Source: Octopus bimaculoides
Taxonomy: Eukaryota
Length of the DNA: 64,000 nt
Direction: 5' to 3'
Assembly: GCF_001194135.2 (NCBI RefSeq)
Contig: NC_068984.1
Location: 58,933,640-58,997,639 of the forward strand
Made by a program: the position numbers and the translations under genes. Of this stretch, positions 23,311 through 37,435 are shown piece by piece (the first letter of the stretch is position 1; every line of letters starts with the position of its first letter). The notes below the pieces were generated by a model. It ran no database searches. It was given only the letters and a program-made list of their open reading frames with translations, and was not told the DNA's origin.

Positions 23311-24685
23311 TTACCACTCACTGTTACTAATAATAATAACGATAATAACAATACTAAATATTGTACTTTTTTTCTCATTAGGATATGTAGATTACCTTTT
23401 TATGAACCTCCACAGTTAACTTACAAGGCTTTCCTAGTTTCCGTAGTATTAAGAATATGATAGAAGAATCATTCCATGAGTAAGTTATCAGTTTATTGCA
23501 GACAACTTGTTCTATGAACAGAATTGACTTAGCACTGTAGGCCAACTATACTCTCATCAATTTTACAATGCTGCTACTACATAAATATGTTTGCTTTGAA
23601 TTGCTCCTACCCAGAAACTGTGTTTGTCTCTTCCCTCCTTCCTCACATTCTCTGGGCTTTTGCCCTTCATCTCTTGACTAAATTGTAGAAAAAGAAAATC
23701 AAAAACAAGCTTATGGCCAAATCAATGATTATCAATTAGATATCAAAATAACTAATTTATATTTATATTTATTGAAGCTGATGATTCACTTCTCACTACA
23801 GAATGAATCACCAACTTCAAATGAATAAACCCTATATGTATTGAATACTCTTTCTTCTATTTGTGCATCAAAAAGTGTATGTGAGTGTTTTTAGTATAAT
23901 ATTTGATAAATGATACCAAAAATACAGCATTCAGTGCAAAATCAAGGAGTAATGTATTTATGCTTGAAATGCAATATGAGTAAAAATACCTGACTATAAA
24001 AAGTTTCATGCTAAACACTCATTCAGATCCAGTATCTCAATGTGTTTAGAAATACTATGGAAAAATGTATATATAAATGCTTCTGTTTCTGTTAAGGTGA
24101 TAAACTCTTAATAGATGTGAATTATGTCTCCTTGATTGACTCGAATGTTATTTTAGAGATGTTGGGGGTGGGTATATATTGTTAAAAATTGAGGAAGAAC
24201 AAATATGTTATGTAGAATTAAGGAAAGATTGATATATCATCAATATTGGAGGAAGAACATAATGGGTAAGGGAAAGGTGAATGTTAAGAGAAAAATTAAA
24301 GCCAAAAAAGAGGAGAGATAGAAAACATAGTAGATTCAAGATGAAAAAGTCTTAATATGAAACAATTTCACATGTCTGTGCATATGTGTAGATTTTGTCT
24401 GATGATGGAGTTTCCTAATTTTATAACAGGTGCTTTTTGAAGTATCTGCATTTCCAAAATATCTCTGATCTATGGCTTACATGAGTCTTGACTCCATGGG
24501 GTTTTAAATTTTTTTTATCTTCTCTGTTTCACATGGACTACATTTTACTTGCTTCCATTTTTGTATGGAAATTGGAAATGTTTATTCAAATTCTTTTTTC
24601 ATAATATTTCTAAACATATATAGACACAAAGTCTGAATAAAAGGTCCAGCGTAAAATCTTTGGCAGCCAATATTTTTACTCATTG

Positions 24686-24739
<54 letters not shown>

Positions 24740-25605
24740 ATATATACAAAGCGAAGGAGAAAATTTTGAAAATAAGAAATTGCTCATGAAAGGTTCAACT
24801 TGTAGTTTTATCAGTATGTAAGCATGTTGTCTTTGAGAGGTACCAAATTATCTTGTTGTTAACAACTTCTTGGTGGGATGCTACATAGTGTTGTTAGTAC
24901 CATGATTTTCCACAAAGCATACATTTTCAAATATGATATTTTACTCCTGTTAAATCAAACATTCTACTCCCCTTTGCAATGCTATTTGGAATTTTATTTA
25001 TTAATTTTTTTTTTTCTTAACCTGAAATGATAAATATTATTTTGAATAGAAGTAGGCAAAAAAATAACTTTGAAGAAACCGAATCATCAAGAGCATCTCT
25101 GTCACTACAACCTCCTCCTCATCCCTTCAACATATTGACAAGCACAAAAAGAAAAAGAAGCCGAATCAAGAAGGAAAAGAAGATAAACTTGCGGAAGCAG
25201 AAGTGGGGGAAGTGAGAGAAGGAAGAACAAGACTTTAATTTTAAATATTTATAGTTGTATTGCTTAATAGTGAACAGTTGAGTTCATGTCTACAAGTATA
25301 TCATCACATGTAGGAGAAATGTTGCATATTTTCTTTTCTGATTCCTTGTTGTTTACATATACTTCTTAGCATCAATGAATCCATTGATATGCTGGCCAGA
25401 ATAGTTTGTTTATTACTGTGAAAAGAACAGTAGTAGAATGAGTAGAAAATCAGACTAAATGCTATGTATTAATTTTACTTTGAACCATCTGTGGTTTGAG
25501 TTCAAATCCAATCAAAGTCACTTTCATTCATTTCTCCAGAGTGATGTATTGCATTAATCTAATCAACTATTCATCTTCATGAAATTTTGTAGTCTTTATC
25601 TATTC

Positions 25606-25732
25606 CACAAATCCTTACTATGACAAAAGTAGGTTTACTATCTGTTGTGTGTTGATCAGGTCTTCAACTACTTCTTGCGAATTAAGAGCTCAAATATGCT
25701 GCATGAGCCAAACATTTGACTTGAAAACAATG
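25606..25732 (-). repeat. 127-bp inverted repeat, right copy
   Basis: See 22620-22746. Confidence 0.95.
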
Positions 25733-26217
25733 CATTACTTCATTTCACGCAATTGTTGAAAACAAGTACCAATTCATTTGGTAATCTTAGCTATGACTGA
25801 CTGATGTCCTCCCCATTGGGAGAATTATTTCTCATTCATATTTTGCTATGGAACTATACCTAAGTATTGACTCTTGGAGTCCCTCTTTTATCTAAGGCAA
25901 TATTGAAATTTACTCACATTATTTATAGACATATTTATATTTTATAATTTTATATCACAATTGGTGAACAATAGCATCACCGATGCTTACATATTTCCAG
26001 GAAGCTAATTACTTGGTTCATTGTATGTCTCATAGTGAAAGTGACAAAGAATGTCTGTGACTCAATGTAGAAGAAATGTTGCAACAGACTCCATTTAAAA
26101 AAGACTGGTTTTTACAGTTTTCTTGACAATGGTTATACACTTTTCTAAAAAGCATTGGTGAATGACATGCAAACACATACACTATATTTATATATATGTA
26201 TGTATGTATATGTATGT

Positions 26218-26262
<45 letters not shown>

Positions 26263-27385
26263 NNNNNNNNNNNNNNNNNNNNNNNNNNNNNNNNNNNNNN
26301 NNNNNNNNNNNNNNNNNNNNNNNNNNNNNNNNNNNNNNNNNNNNNNNNNNNNNNNNNNNNNNNNNNNNNNNNNNNNNNNNNNNNNNNNNNNNNNNNNNNN
26401 NNNNNNNNNNNNNNNNNNNNNNNNNNNNNNNNNNNNNNNNNNNNNNNNNNNNNNNNNNNNNNNNNNNNNNNNNNNNNNNNNNNNNNNNNNNNNNNNNNNN
26501 NNNNNNNNNNNNNNNNNNNNNNNNNNNNNNNNNNNNNNNNNNNNNNNNNNNNNNNNNNNNNNNNNNNNNNNNNNNNNNNNNNNNNNNNNNNNNNNNNNNN
26601 NNNNNNNNNNNNNNNNNNNNNNNNNNNNNNNNNNNNNNNNNNNNNNNNNNNNNNNNNNNNNNNNNNNNNNNNNNNNNNNNNNNNNNNNNNNNNNNNNNNN
26701 NNNNNNNNNNNNNNNNNNNNNNNNNNNNNNNNNNNNNNNNNNNNNNNNNNNNNNNNNNNNNNNNNNNNNNNNNNNNNNNNNNNNNNNNNNNNNNNNNNNN
26801 NNNNNNNNNNNNNNNNNNNNNNNNNNNNNNNNNNNNNNNNNNNNNNNNNNNNNNNNNNNNNNATATATATATATATATATATATATATACTGCACAGTTT
26901 TCATCCACTAACTTCAATGCGCAAGCTATAGTCAACCTGGTTTTGTGGTAAAATAATGCTTGCCCAAGATTCCAGGCAGAGGGATCAGACTTGACTGCTT
27001 TAACATACGCAGCCATGCCTGTGTCAATATGTTCATTACTTAAATTAATTGAACTTTCTGTTTTACACAGCATTTTTTTCTTATACTTTCAACTCATATA
27101 TTTGCAAGAAAAGTTTACTGCATTCTTCTACTTGCTGAGAAATAACAAAATTTAAATGAAAAATAATCTACTAATCACAACCGTATTTTATAACTTCTAC
27201 TTTCTGTACCATTAGCTCTATGAAATCAAATTGCAGACCTAATAAGAAACTACCTTCAGTTTTAGAATTTCTATATCTTATCAAGCTGAACAACCAGCCA
27301 TATATTATTAAAATTTTATTGTTCAGTATTTTTCTGTTTCACAAACTTTCTTAGTACTTGTACAATCATAGTTTAGTTTTAATAG

Positions 27386-27465
27386 TTTAACATGTAAAAA
27401 ATGGAATCTGAAACAGGTGCTGGTCTGTGTTGGCCAAAATTTTACAGTGATGTTCATAAATTTGG
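27386..27465 (+). CDS. Possible internal exon (phase 2 to 1; LTCKKWNLKQVLVCVGQNFTVMFINL), product unknown
   Basis: TTTTAATAG acceptor, strong GG|GTAAGT donor and an open frame; alternative acceptors exist. Confidence 0.2.
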
Positions 27466-27799
27466 GTAAGTTTGTTTGGTGTTGAGAGAAAGGGAATCTG
27501 ATGTTCCAATGCTGTCTCTTTTTTCTGAAAGGAAAGAAATTTAGAAATTTTTCAGTTGAAATGTCACATTTCTTTTTTCCCCCACAGCATACAAACTTAT
27601 CCAAACTCATGAACTTCTTTTTCTAATAGTTTAGACTGACAATACAAATCTTATAGATCTGAATAACTAGTCGGGTGGGGATGTGTTATAGGCTATATTT
27701 GTATATATATCTTATGAAGTTGAGTAGTTAATTGGGCACACAATTGAATATCTATTTATCATTCTCTGATAGTTGAATTGAGAGATGTGTGTGTTTGTG

Positions 27800-27840
<41 letters not shown>

Positions 27841-28933
27841 TCTAACAATTTAGCAACCAGCAATCAGTTACATATTGATGTCTATTATGTGCTATTGACT
27901 TAGTTTTTTTTCCATACCCTTGGCAGCTGAGCAGTTAACTATTTATTGGTAAGTTTATTGATCTTCTATTGGATTTATCCTGGCTTAGATATTTAACCAG
28001 CCCATGCACTATTTGAAAAGAAAGTTGGAAATTGATTATTAGCTGTTTGGAGGAATGTTATTTTCAGCTGACAGAAACTGTGCAGCATATTAAATCAATG
28101 GAAACATATTTAATGCTAACAATTACATTTATATTTGTTTCTTGGCTCACTTGGTGAAATAAGTTCTGTGGAAATTTGGCGGTTATTTTTCTCTTCCTTT
28201 ACCACTTATTTTGTTTTTGTTTTTCTTTTTCTTTCATAACTTTTTCTTTGTTTTATGTATTTGACAATTTACTGAATGAAAAATTCCAGTTATCAAGTAA
28301 TTATGTTGACAATGTAAATTTGTGTATAATTGTCTTATCAATATATTCCCCTAGTAACTTGGCAATGTAGATTGAAAGTGCAGATGGCTGGATCATTCAT
28401 GTATCAGACAGCTTATTGAGAGGTCAACAGTTCTAATCTTGTCACTAAAACTAGTCCATTAAGTGATTGTGTACGAAACCAATACAGTTCACACAGTATG
28501 GATTGTATTTATTTCATGCACAATTGCTTAATGGGCTAGTCAACCTTGCTATAAGTAGGTACTGCAAAGTGAAATAATTCACTGTTGTAAGTAGCAGTAC
28601 TGAGATCAGCTTCTATTGTGAGAAAAATTACCTGTAATAGATTTATCTTTCATATGCTAAGCACTGCAGTAACATCCCAGTACATTGTAGATGTCTGAGG
28701 TGACTGCATTGACATAACTGGATTTCTTTCTTAATTCCAAGACATGAATATAACCTTCTAAAGACCCACCATAGGCAGTGAATTGGCTGAATTGTTAGAT
28801 CATCTGATAGAGTACTTTGAGGTACTTGGTTCTGTCTCTTTACATTTTGAATTCCAAACCCACTGAGATCAACTTCACTTTTCATCCTTCCAGAGTTAGT
28901 ACAATAAAGTAACTTGCAAGTACTGAGGACAAC

Positions 28934-29297
28934 TTAACCCTTTAGCATTCAGATTAAGTTATCAAATGTAATGCTTATTTATCCACATTTTAAAAAATTA
29001 ATCATNNNNNNNNNNNNNNNNNNNNNNNNNNNNNNNNNNNNNNNNNNNNNNNNNNNNNNNNNNNNNNNNNNNNNNNNNNNNNNNNGCATTCAGATTAAGT
29101 TATCAAATGTAATGCTTATTTATCCACATTTTAAAAAATTAATCATGTAGAATCTTAACGCTTCAAGATTTTGAAAATGTGATTGTTTATTTTTAGAATG
29201 ACATTGTAGGTAGGTGTAAAAGGCAGGACCTGGTTTCAATACAAAGTAAAGAGAATATTTGGGCCGGATATGGTCAGTTTAAATGCTAAAGGGTTAA
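28934..29297. mobile_element. TTAA-flanked MITE (piggyBac-like), copy 2, spanning an N-gap
   Basis: TTAACCCTTTAGCATT ... AATGCTAAAGGGTTAA perfect terminal inverted repeat. Confidence 0.85.
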
Positions 29298-30934
29298 ACC
29301 TCTGGTAATGGTATCTCCTATGCTTTTTCAAGATAGAAACTATTGCTTAGAATCTGAAATAAATCGTCTTAGTGCTTCAAGGGTAGATTAGGATATGCAC
29401 CCTAGCCTCATAATATTCCTGTGAAGATCAGTGACCTCCAGGGGTTATTAGCTTTGAAAGACATTGTGTCTAGCATACATGGACAGAAGCTGAAGAAAGC
29501 GGTGGAATAAAAGAACTACATGAACTACTACTCTTACTACTATTTAATAGCATCCTTAGCAAAGTTATTTAAGTTGTAATTTTTGCCTCAGCTGACTTCA
29601 AAAGCTTGTCTGGTAAAGTGACTTAAAGTGAGAACCAGGAATCCTGAAAGTTTTAAGGAAAGACAGGTGGAGCCTGCTACTCTTTATATTTGCTTGGTCA
29701 TTAATAGGATTAATGAAGCAAAGGACTTCAGCTAAAATTCAAAATTGATTTTCAGCTATACCAGGAATAGTAACAACAACAATAGTAATTGATGAGAAGT
29801 GATATATTTGAGAATGACAAGTAACAATAGTACAAACTTTGTGTAAACAAACATCCCTTATACTGAATGCATAACAACAATTACAACTTCTAGTAACAGC
29901 GGCAAGCAACAGCAGCTGTTTTCTATACATACACTAGCCCTAGCTATTGTGAAATACAACTTTCCAGCTTCTCTAAGTTAAGATGCCTCTAACAAGAAAT
30001 TAAATAAAAATTTGCAACTATATTTATGCCATTGTTCTTTGTCTGTAAAAGTCACCTACTTTCAAGATATCAAGGTGTGTTACTGGTAGGGTAGAGTGCT
30101 GCAATTCATAGATTACAAGTATTACCAACTGAACTCTTTATTATTTATAAATAGTAGAGATACAGCAAAAGTCATAGAAAACTCCACATAGGGACTACAT
30201 TTTTTCACTACCTAGAATCATGAAGATAATGCCAATGTTACAATAAATTGTCTTAATCTTATATATTTGAAGGAGAATCATGTTTTACTTTTGCTGGTAG
30301 ACATTTGAATTATCAGAAATGTAAATGCATTCTTTTATTCTTTTACTAAGTTTAAGTTTCTGGACTGTGATTTTCAGAAAATTATATGTCTCCTCCAGTA
30401 TTTAGGTACTTATGTTACCATAATAATGACAACAAAAGGCAAAACTGACTTGACTAGAAAAAGACATGACAGGGATGGAAGCCAAATGCAACAAGATGTT
30501 TTACTTTGAAACACCAACTCAGCCATCTCTTCCTGATACACACATGCAAATACATGTACATATATGTGTGTATGCATATATACATCAAACAGGCTTGCAC
30601 ATTGTTTCCATCTACCAAATTTTATTTACAAATCTTTTGTTGATCCAAAGTTATTTACCCAAGTTTTTTTTTAATAGGACCAAATCTAAAATTATACAAT
30701 TACAAAGCCAGACATCAGATATAAACATAACTCAATAAACACAATAAAAGTAAAAATATAAATGCAAAAAGATAAATTTAGAAATTGCAGTTTAATTATC
30801 TCCATGTTATTAACTTTGGATTATGCTTGAAGTCCCAAATGTTTCGTACCCAAATTTAAACATTCCAGACTTTTTCTTGTTTCAGTGATTGGACTGTGAC
30901 CATTGCTGGGGTACCACCTTACAATCTCAACACT

Positions 30935-30936
<2 letters not shown>

Positions 30937-30967
<31 letters not shown>

Positions 30968-30968
30968 C

Positions 30969-31037
<69 letters not shown>

Positions 31038-31215
31038 CATGTATATGATGGGCTTCCATGCAATTTCTATCTACCTAAGCCTCTCACAAGGCATTGACCT
31101 GTGGCTACAGCAGAAATCACTTGCCCAAGGTGCTGCACTGTAGGACTGAACCTGAAACCACCTGTAGTTACAAAGAAACTTCTCAACCACTCAGTTATTC
31201 CTGTACCATGTTTAG
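30937..31215 (-). mobile_element. (TA)n(CT)n(CA)n microsatellite followed by a SINE head on the minus strand
   Basis: CACTTGCCCAAGGTGCTGCACTGTAGGACTGAACC is the reverse complement of the SINE head. Confidence 0.75.
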
Positions 31216-31251
31216 TTAGAGTTGTTAATTAAAAGTACACAAGTTTTTGAC

Positions 31252-31293
<42 letters not shown>

Positions 31294-31914
31294 CTTGTGC
31301 CTGAAAGTATGACAGGTTAAGTTGACCTTGGCGGAATTTGAACTCAGAATGTTAAGATGGACAAAATACTGCTAAGCATTCTGCCTGGTATGCTCACAAC
31401 ACTACCAGCTTATTATTTTGGTTTTATATTGACATTTTACACTTGACTGATTTATTTTCATTTATGTGTCTGACAATGACCATCAGTGTGTCACTGTGTG
31501 TATATGTACATGCATGTATGTATGTGTGTGTGTTTGGTTAAATAAATTCTGCATAGGTATCTATCAATTAATGAAATATCAGTTGTACAAAAATCATGAT
31601 TTTTTTTCTTTTTTTTTTTTTAATACTTAGTGAAGAAATAGTCTGAAAGATTTTCATTTCATGTTGTATTTTTAATTTTCATTTCATGTATTTCTAATTC
31701 TTACGCTTCCATTTCTTCATTCACTTGTTTGTTAATCTAAATGAATGTGCACACAAGCTGTTCAATAATCTTTAAGTGTAAGCTACTGAATATTCTACAG
31801 ACATATATATATATATTTGTAGGCAGAATTAGTATGACTTATTGTGCCAAGGTAAGGCCTGCATATTACAGTTATAGTCCATCCAACAGGCTTCTACACA
31901 ATTTCCATCTTCTA

Positions 31915-32200
31915 AAATTTACTCTTAGTCTTTTCTATCGTTATTGCCACAGGAAGTGCTCTGATGAACTTTCTCTCTTAGCTCCAGATCACTTTGTGCC
32001 ATCTCACTGGCTTGAAATTCACAGCATCTTCTTCCTAATGCTGCTATGCTTCCATGAATAAGGAAGTCTTTCTACACTCTCTTCCATCCCATTGTTTTCC
32101 TCATTCTTATGACCTGAACTCTTTCATGTCTAAAGTAACTTCATTCCCTTCATCTTAATTTCTCCTTCTTTATAATCCCTTACACTAAGGTGTTTCTTAC
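31915..32200 (+). pseudogene. CR1/L2-group LINE 3' remnant
   Basis: Peptides LSLFYRYCHRKCSDELSLLAP and HSLPSHCFPHSYDLNSFMSKV match the typical CR1/L2 ORF2 C-terminus (LSLFYRYY.G.CS.EL...; WNSLP..CFP..YDL..FK). Confidence 0.75.
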
Positions 32201-32464
32201 CCTGTTTGGAACTTTCTTTAAAAAGGGGTTACATTGGCCTGATGCTATTAAAATAAATACTTTCCCAAAATACAAACAAGGATTTTTGTGATTTGCAAAG
32301 TGAACTTCTTAAACACAGATCTCTTTTTTTTTTTTTTCATTTTTTAAGAAACATTTCATCCTGCTTCTTATAGCTTTTATAAGTTAGGGTTTTAAATGGT
32401 TAATATTCTAAATTTATATACAATTATATGGCTACTCATATTCTGAAATTCATTTAGCTGTAAG

Positions 32465-32850
32465 CACAGGTATGGTTGTGTGGTTAAGAAGCTTTGTTTT
32501 GCGACCATGTGGCTACAGGTTTGGTCCCTGGCATGACACCTTAGGCAAGTCTCTTTTACTAAAGACCCAGACTGACTTATGCTTTGTCAGTGAAGTTGGT
32601 AGACAGAACCAGTTTGAAAACTCATCATGTGTGTGTGTGTGTTTGCTTCTTTTGTCCACCTCCACCAAAACTTAATAACCAGTGTTGGTTTGTTTATATC
32701 ACCATAATTTAGCAACTTGGCAAAAGAGACCAATAGAATAAGTACCAGGCTTACAAAAAAAAAAAAATACTGAGATCCATTTGTTCAGCTAAACCCTTCA
32801 AGGCAGTGCCCCAGCAAGGCTGCAGTCCAATGAATAAAATTTATGAAAGA
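32465..32850 (+). mobile_element. Near full-length tRNA-derived SINE
   Basis: Head GGTATGGTTGTGTGGTTAAGAAG, core, (TG)n, AGAATAAGTACCAGGC, A-tract and CTTCAAGGCAGTGCCCCAGC...GCAGTCCAATGA tail. Confidence 0.85.
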
Positions 32851-33299
32851 TAAAAGGTAACAATATCATTAAGACAACAAACTTATTGGTAAAGTTAACT
32901 TTTAAGAGTTCACTCTTGATGTTATCTTACGAGTGAGGAGACAAAAATGAAATGTGTTCATGAAGAAACATTTTAGTTAATCATGAGAAATTATGGCAAT
33001 GCCTTGAAATCAAAGAACTTTAGGCACATTCTTCACTAAACATTAGAAACAAAATCATTAATTTAAAGTGTTTTTGCATGACTAACATTTTGTTAGTCAA
33101 TGAATATGGAATGCTTGTACAATATTTATTTGATGAAAGATATATTTTGATAAATATTGTTAGACAGTATCTATAAAAATAACTCATTCAAGTGTGAAAT
33201 GTTGTCTTCAGTATGAAACTGAAATATAAACTAATATTTTAAACAATGTGAAACTTATTGCAATGTATTAAAATCCTAAAACCAAAGTGCCACATAAAA

Positions 33300-33483
33300 A
33301 GCATTGGTGTTTGTGCAAGTGCTGCATTAAAATCCCCCAGTACTCTCTGTAAAGTGGTTGGTGTTAGGAAGAGCATCCAGCTGTAGAAACCATGCCAAAA
33401 CAGACTATGGAACCTGATGCAGCCCAGCCTTGTCAGTTCTTGTCAAGCCATCCAACCCATAACAGCATGAAAAACAGGCATTA

Positions 33484-33516
<33 letters not shown>
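33300..33516 (+). mobile_element. RTE-type 3' end with (GAT)n tail (SINE or LINE fragment)
   Basis: GTGGTTGGTGTTAGGAAGAGCATCCAGCTGTAGAAAC...CCAACCCAT...GATGATGAT matches the young RTE 3' end. Confidence 0.8.
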
Positions 33517-35229
33517 AGAAATATACAATGGATTGTTATTGTTTAGCCCATGGTCTGTTCTGATCTAGCAGACTTGTGATCGAAATCATTGCAGCGATGA
33601 CCATTTCATCTTTACAGACAATTTATCTCTGACTATATTTTATCTAATATGTTCTTCCCTTTTTTAAAAAGGTGGTAGGGTATGACTTGAAGAAGATTTC
33701 ACTGCTATTTCATGTGTGCCAACCAGATGCACAGAGAGATTACGTAACCTCTATGGTTTAAAAATCAAAGACAAGTACAAGTCATAATTTTTTTTACTGA
33801 AAAACAATCCCTTCTGAACTGTTGGAAAACTCAGAGTCTGTCTTTTCCCCAACTCTGGTGGCCTGATACAGATTGTAGAGTATATAGTCACCAGATACTT
33901 CAAATACTGGCCATTAAATAGCAAACATAATTTGACCAAACCTGACCAATGATGATAGTGTTGCAGATCTAAACAAAAATATGTGTGAATATATTCTTAA
34001 GTTTACATATTAAGCTGTATCCTTGAAATCCTGGGGGTCAATTTGTTCGACTAAAAACCCTTCAAGACTGTGCCCCAGCATAGCTGCAGTCAAATGGCTG
34101 CAGTCAAATGACTGAAACAAGTAAAAAATAAAAGATATCGTTTTTAGAAGTGGATTCTTCTTTTAGTGTTGTCATTGTTCATATCTAGGTATTGTTGTAG
34201 TATTTGATCACATTCTTCTTTAGTTACCTTCTTTAGTCGACTTTATGTTTGATGTTTTTGGTTGTCTTTGTGTTTGGCCATATCTTTCTGCATCTGTTAT
34301 TTTTTTCTTTTCTTGTTTTTTAGTTCCATTCTCGCGCTCTGCCTTTTGGTTTCCTAAAACTTAGTTCCTCATTGAGAAGATGTTCTAAAATTCTTTCATA
34401 TTCCATAAGCTATATGATCATAAACCTCAATCTGCTATGTCACAATAGAGCTTCTAATGTTACACCACTGATTAACTCAAAAACCTCTAACATCATTCTC
34501 ATAGTCTGTCCAAGATATATACAAATTTGCTGAAAATACTCCAACTATCCTATAAGGGTTTCTTTGCCATTCAATATCATTCTTTTTGTATACACATCAT
34601 ATGGTCTACATTCTGAACTAAAGTACCACAAACAGAAACAGGACATTATTCTGCTTTTGTGCAGTATATTAGCAGAGTTATTTGAGTGTATGGTATTTAT
34701 TCCAGCTCTCTGCATCCCAGGTTTGACCCCTATTTTTATCCTTTCAGGGTCAATAAAATGAAATAGCAGTCCTGGGCAGTGGAATGATGAATTTGTTAGT
34801 GTTGGGTCAGACACTTTATGGTATTTGTTCCAGCTCTTTGTATTTTGAGTTCTTGGGTGGTAGACTTAAAACCACCTGGTCCTTAGGTGCCTTTAGCAAA
34901 GTTCACTGTTTCAAAGCATTCAGGCTAATATATGATTTGAAGATAATTTCCTCCCTTTCTTCAACAAGTCTTGGAAGCACTGAAGAAACTCAAATGTCTT
35001 GGATGCTACCTTTCCTCCTCCTTGACTAAACAGTGAAAAATAAATTTAACTAAAGGATATAACCACCTTAATTGCAATGCATAATGAACCAAAAATATTC
35101 CACATCTAATGAATCCTCAGAATATCCCTACCTTTTTTTAAATCTTTGACTGTACAAACTGTTGATTGTTGCAGTGCATGTGACATTTTGCTCAAAATAT
35201 TTAATATCTTTCTTGTTTCATTCACCATA

Positions 35230-35820
35230 CAGACATGATTGTGTAGTAAGAAGCTTGCTTCCCCACCACATAGTTCTGAGTTCATTACCACTGTGTGGCA
35301 TCTTGGGCATGTGTCATTTGCTACAGCTCTGGGACAACCAAATCCTTGAGAGTGAATTTGCTAGATGGAAACTGAAAGAAGCAAGTTTCCATATTCTTAT
35401 GTCTGGATTTTGTTTGAGGTCCCAAACGTTCATGTTGAAATTTTAATGTTTTAGACTGTTTTTATTTGCTTCATTCATTGGAGTGCAACCATGCTGGGGT
35501 TTAGTTAAACCTTGAAGGGTTTAAAGTCTGGTATTATCAGTGTATTTCATTGAACCACTATATTGTGTGTGTGTGTGTGTTTCCTTGTCTTGGCATCACA
35601 GGATAGTTGTAAATAGTTGTCACTGTCATGCAAGCAGTGTCATTCATTTCCAGTATCTCATGAGAAAATGTCTGGCCATGGGGAAATATTATCTTGCTTA
35701 GGAACAGGTGCGGGTTGGTTACAGGAAGAATATCTGGTGGTAGAAAATCTACCTCAAAGAAACTTCATCCAACCCATGCAAGTATGGAAAAGATGACATT
35801 AAAATGATGATGATGATAGT
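35230..35820 (+). mobile_element. SINE with tRNA-like head and RTE-type (GAT)n tail, fragmented
   Basis: Head CATGATTGTGTAGTAAGAAGCTTGCTTCCC at ~35235; tail CCAACCCATGCAAGTATGGAAAAGATGACATTAAAATGATGATG at ~35770. Confidence 0.7.
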
Positions 35821-36837
35821 TGTATTGCCTACATTAAATTGCCTTTTACTTACTCTCTTCCCACATAACAGTGAGAAAGAGATTTATTTTATCTGATAGA
35901 TGGCTCCTTCTATCAGCTAATATACAAGACTTAGGAAATGAGTTTGGCTTCTAAATTACAAAAAAAAAAAATTACTGTTTCTCTTTGCTCTCTTCATTCT
36001 CTTTCTTTCTCTTTCTCTTCATGTTGCTCTGCCTCTTCCTTTCCTTCTCTCTCATCTCTCTCTCTTCCTTTTCTTTGTCTCTATTTCTCTTTCTGTCTCT
36101 CCCTCTCCTCTCTTCCTTTTATTTTCCTATCGCTGTCTTTCCTTCTCCCTTTCTCTTTGTTTCGCGTGAACGCACACTCTCACTCTCACATAATATTTCT
36201 TATACTTAAAAAAAAAATATTGAAGAGTACCAATTAAGAATCGTTTCCAGTTTAGATGTATGTCTCCATTTTCTTTTTATTCATGTGTGATGATATTTCC
36301 ATTTTAAGATATCTTCAGATATATTAATTCCATTATATTCACTTACTTTATTCTTGGAGTTGAAGCTGTTAGTCAATTTTTTTCTGATTATAAATTAGGT
36401 GAATTGACTTTATTTGCATTTAATATCATTAACTTTGTGCAGAAAATCATATTTAACTTTGCCTCTTTTTACTTGGATACAAATTATTTTGATTAAAAAG
36501 GAATTATTTTGATTAAAAAATGATTATTCTTTCACCAATTAATATCTTTTCTACATATAAATCCCACACACTTGATTACTGCTTCAGTTTCATTAGGAAT
36601 TTGATAAATTAATTTTATCAAGCTCTTCTTTTAGTTTTGGGGTATATTAACACAGTTTTTGACCAGTCTTTTACTAACTAACATGGTTCAGTAATCACTT
36701 CAAAAGATGCTGTCTTCAAAACTTTGGCATTGCTTCTTTCTCTCATCCTCCCCACCTTTCTCTCCCTCTACTTTTTCTAACTCCACTAAAGAAATCTGAT
36801 CTTAAACTGTGGGTCAAAAAACTATATATATATATCT

Positions 36838-37221
36838 CTTACGTGTTTCAGTCATTGGACTGCAGCCGTCCTGGGACACAACCTTGGAAATGAATGACGC
36901 CACTTGTATGACAGTGACACACATTTACAACCAATGACACAATGTCAAGACAAGGAGAGACAAACACTCACATGTACACACATGCACACACACGCACACA
37001 CACACACACATGCACACAATCCAAATTGAGCAGCTTCAGTCGCTAACTGTGAGCCATGTAGAAACTATCAGCTTATCAAATTTCTTTGCAACTTCGATAT
37101 GAGAAAATGTGCGTAACTCTGGATGCCAATAAATTATTATTGTATGTTATCATGTACAATCTACTTTTTGTTCTCTATACCTGCCAGTCATGCTTACCAA
37201 CTTCCTACACTCAGATCTATA

Positions 37222-37267
<46 letters not shown>

Positions 37268-37270
37268 CAT

Positions 37271-37315
<45 letters not shown>

Positions 37316-37435
37316 ACAAGCATCTTCCAGTTTCCATCTACCAAACTCACATACATTTGGTTGGCCCAGGGCTATAGTAGAAGATGCCCAAGGTGCAATG
37401 CAGTGGAACTGAACCCTGCCATGCCTGTGCCTACA
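36838..37435 (-). mobile_element. SINE fragments interleaved with (CA)n/(TA)n microsatellites
   Basis: TTTCAGTCATTGGACTGCAGCC (tail) at ~36846 and TTCCAGTTTCCATCTACCAAACTCAC...GATGCCCAAGGTGCAATGCAGTGGAACTGAACC (head) at ~37325. Confidence 0.7.

Noticed and set aside
21461-26931. Long X-filled ORFs here and at 18324-18873, 49456-49991 and 60048-61081
   Set aside because: Artefacts of N-gaps; flanking residues come from microsatellites or RTE UTR, except the genuine RTE peptide at 18214.
35106-35230. Minus-strand peptide ILNILSKMSHALQQST resembling a hAT transposase helix
   Set aside because: Similarity too short, and no TIR or other hAT motif nearby.
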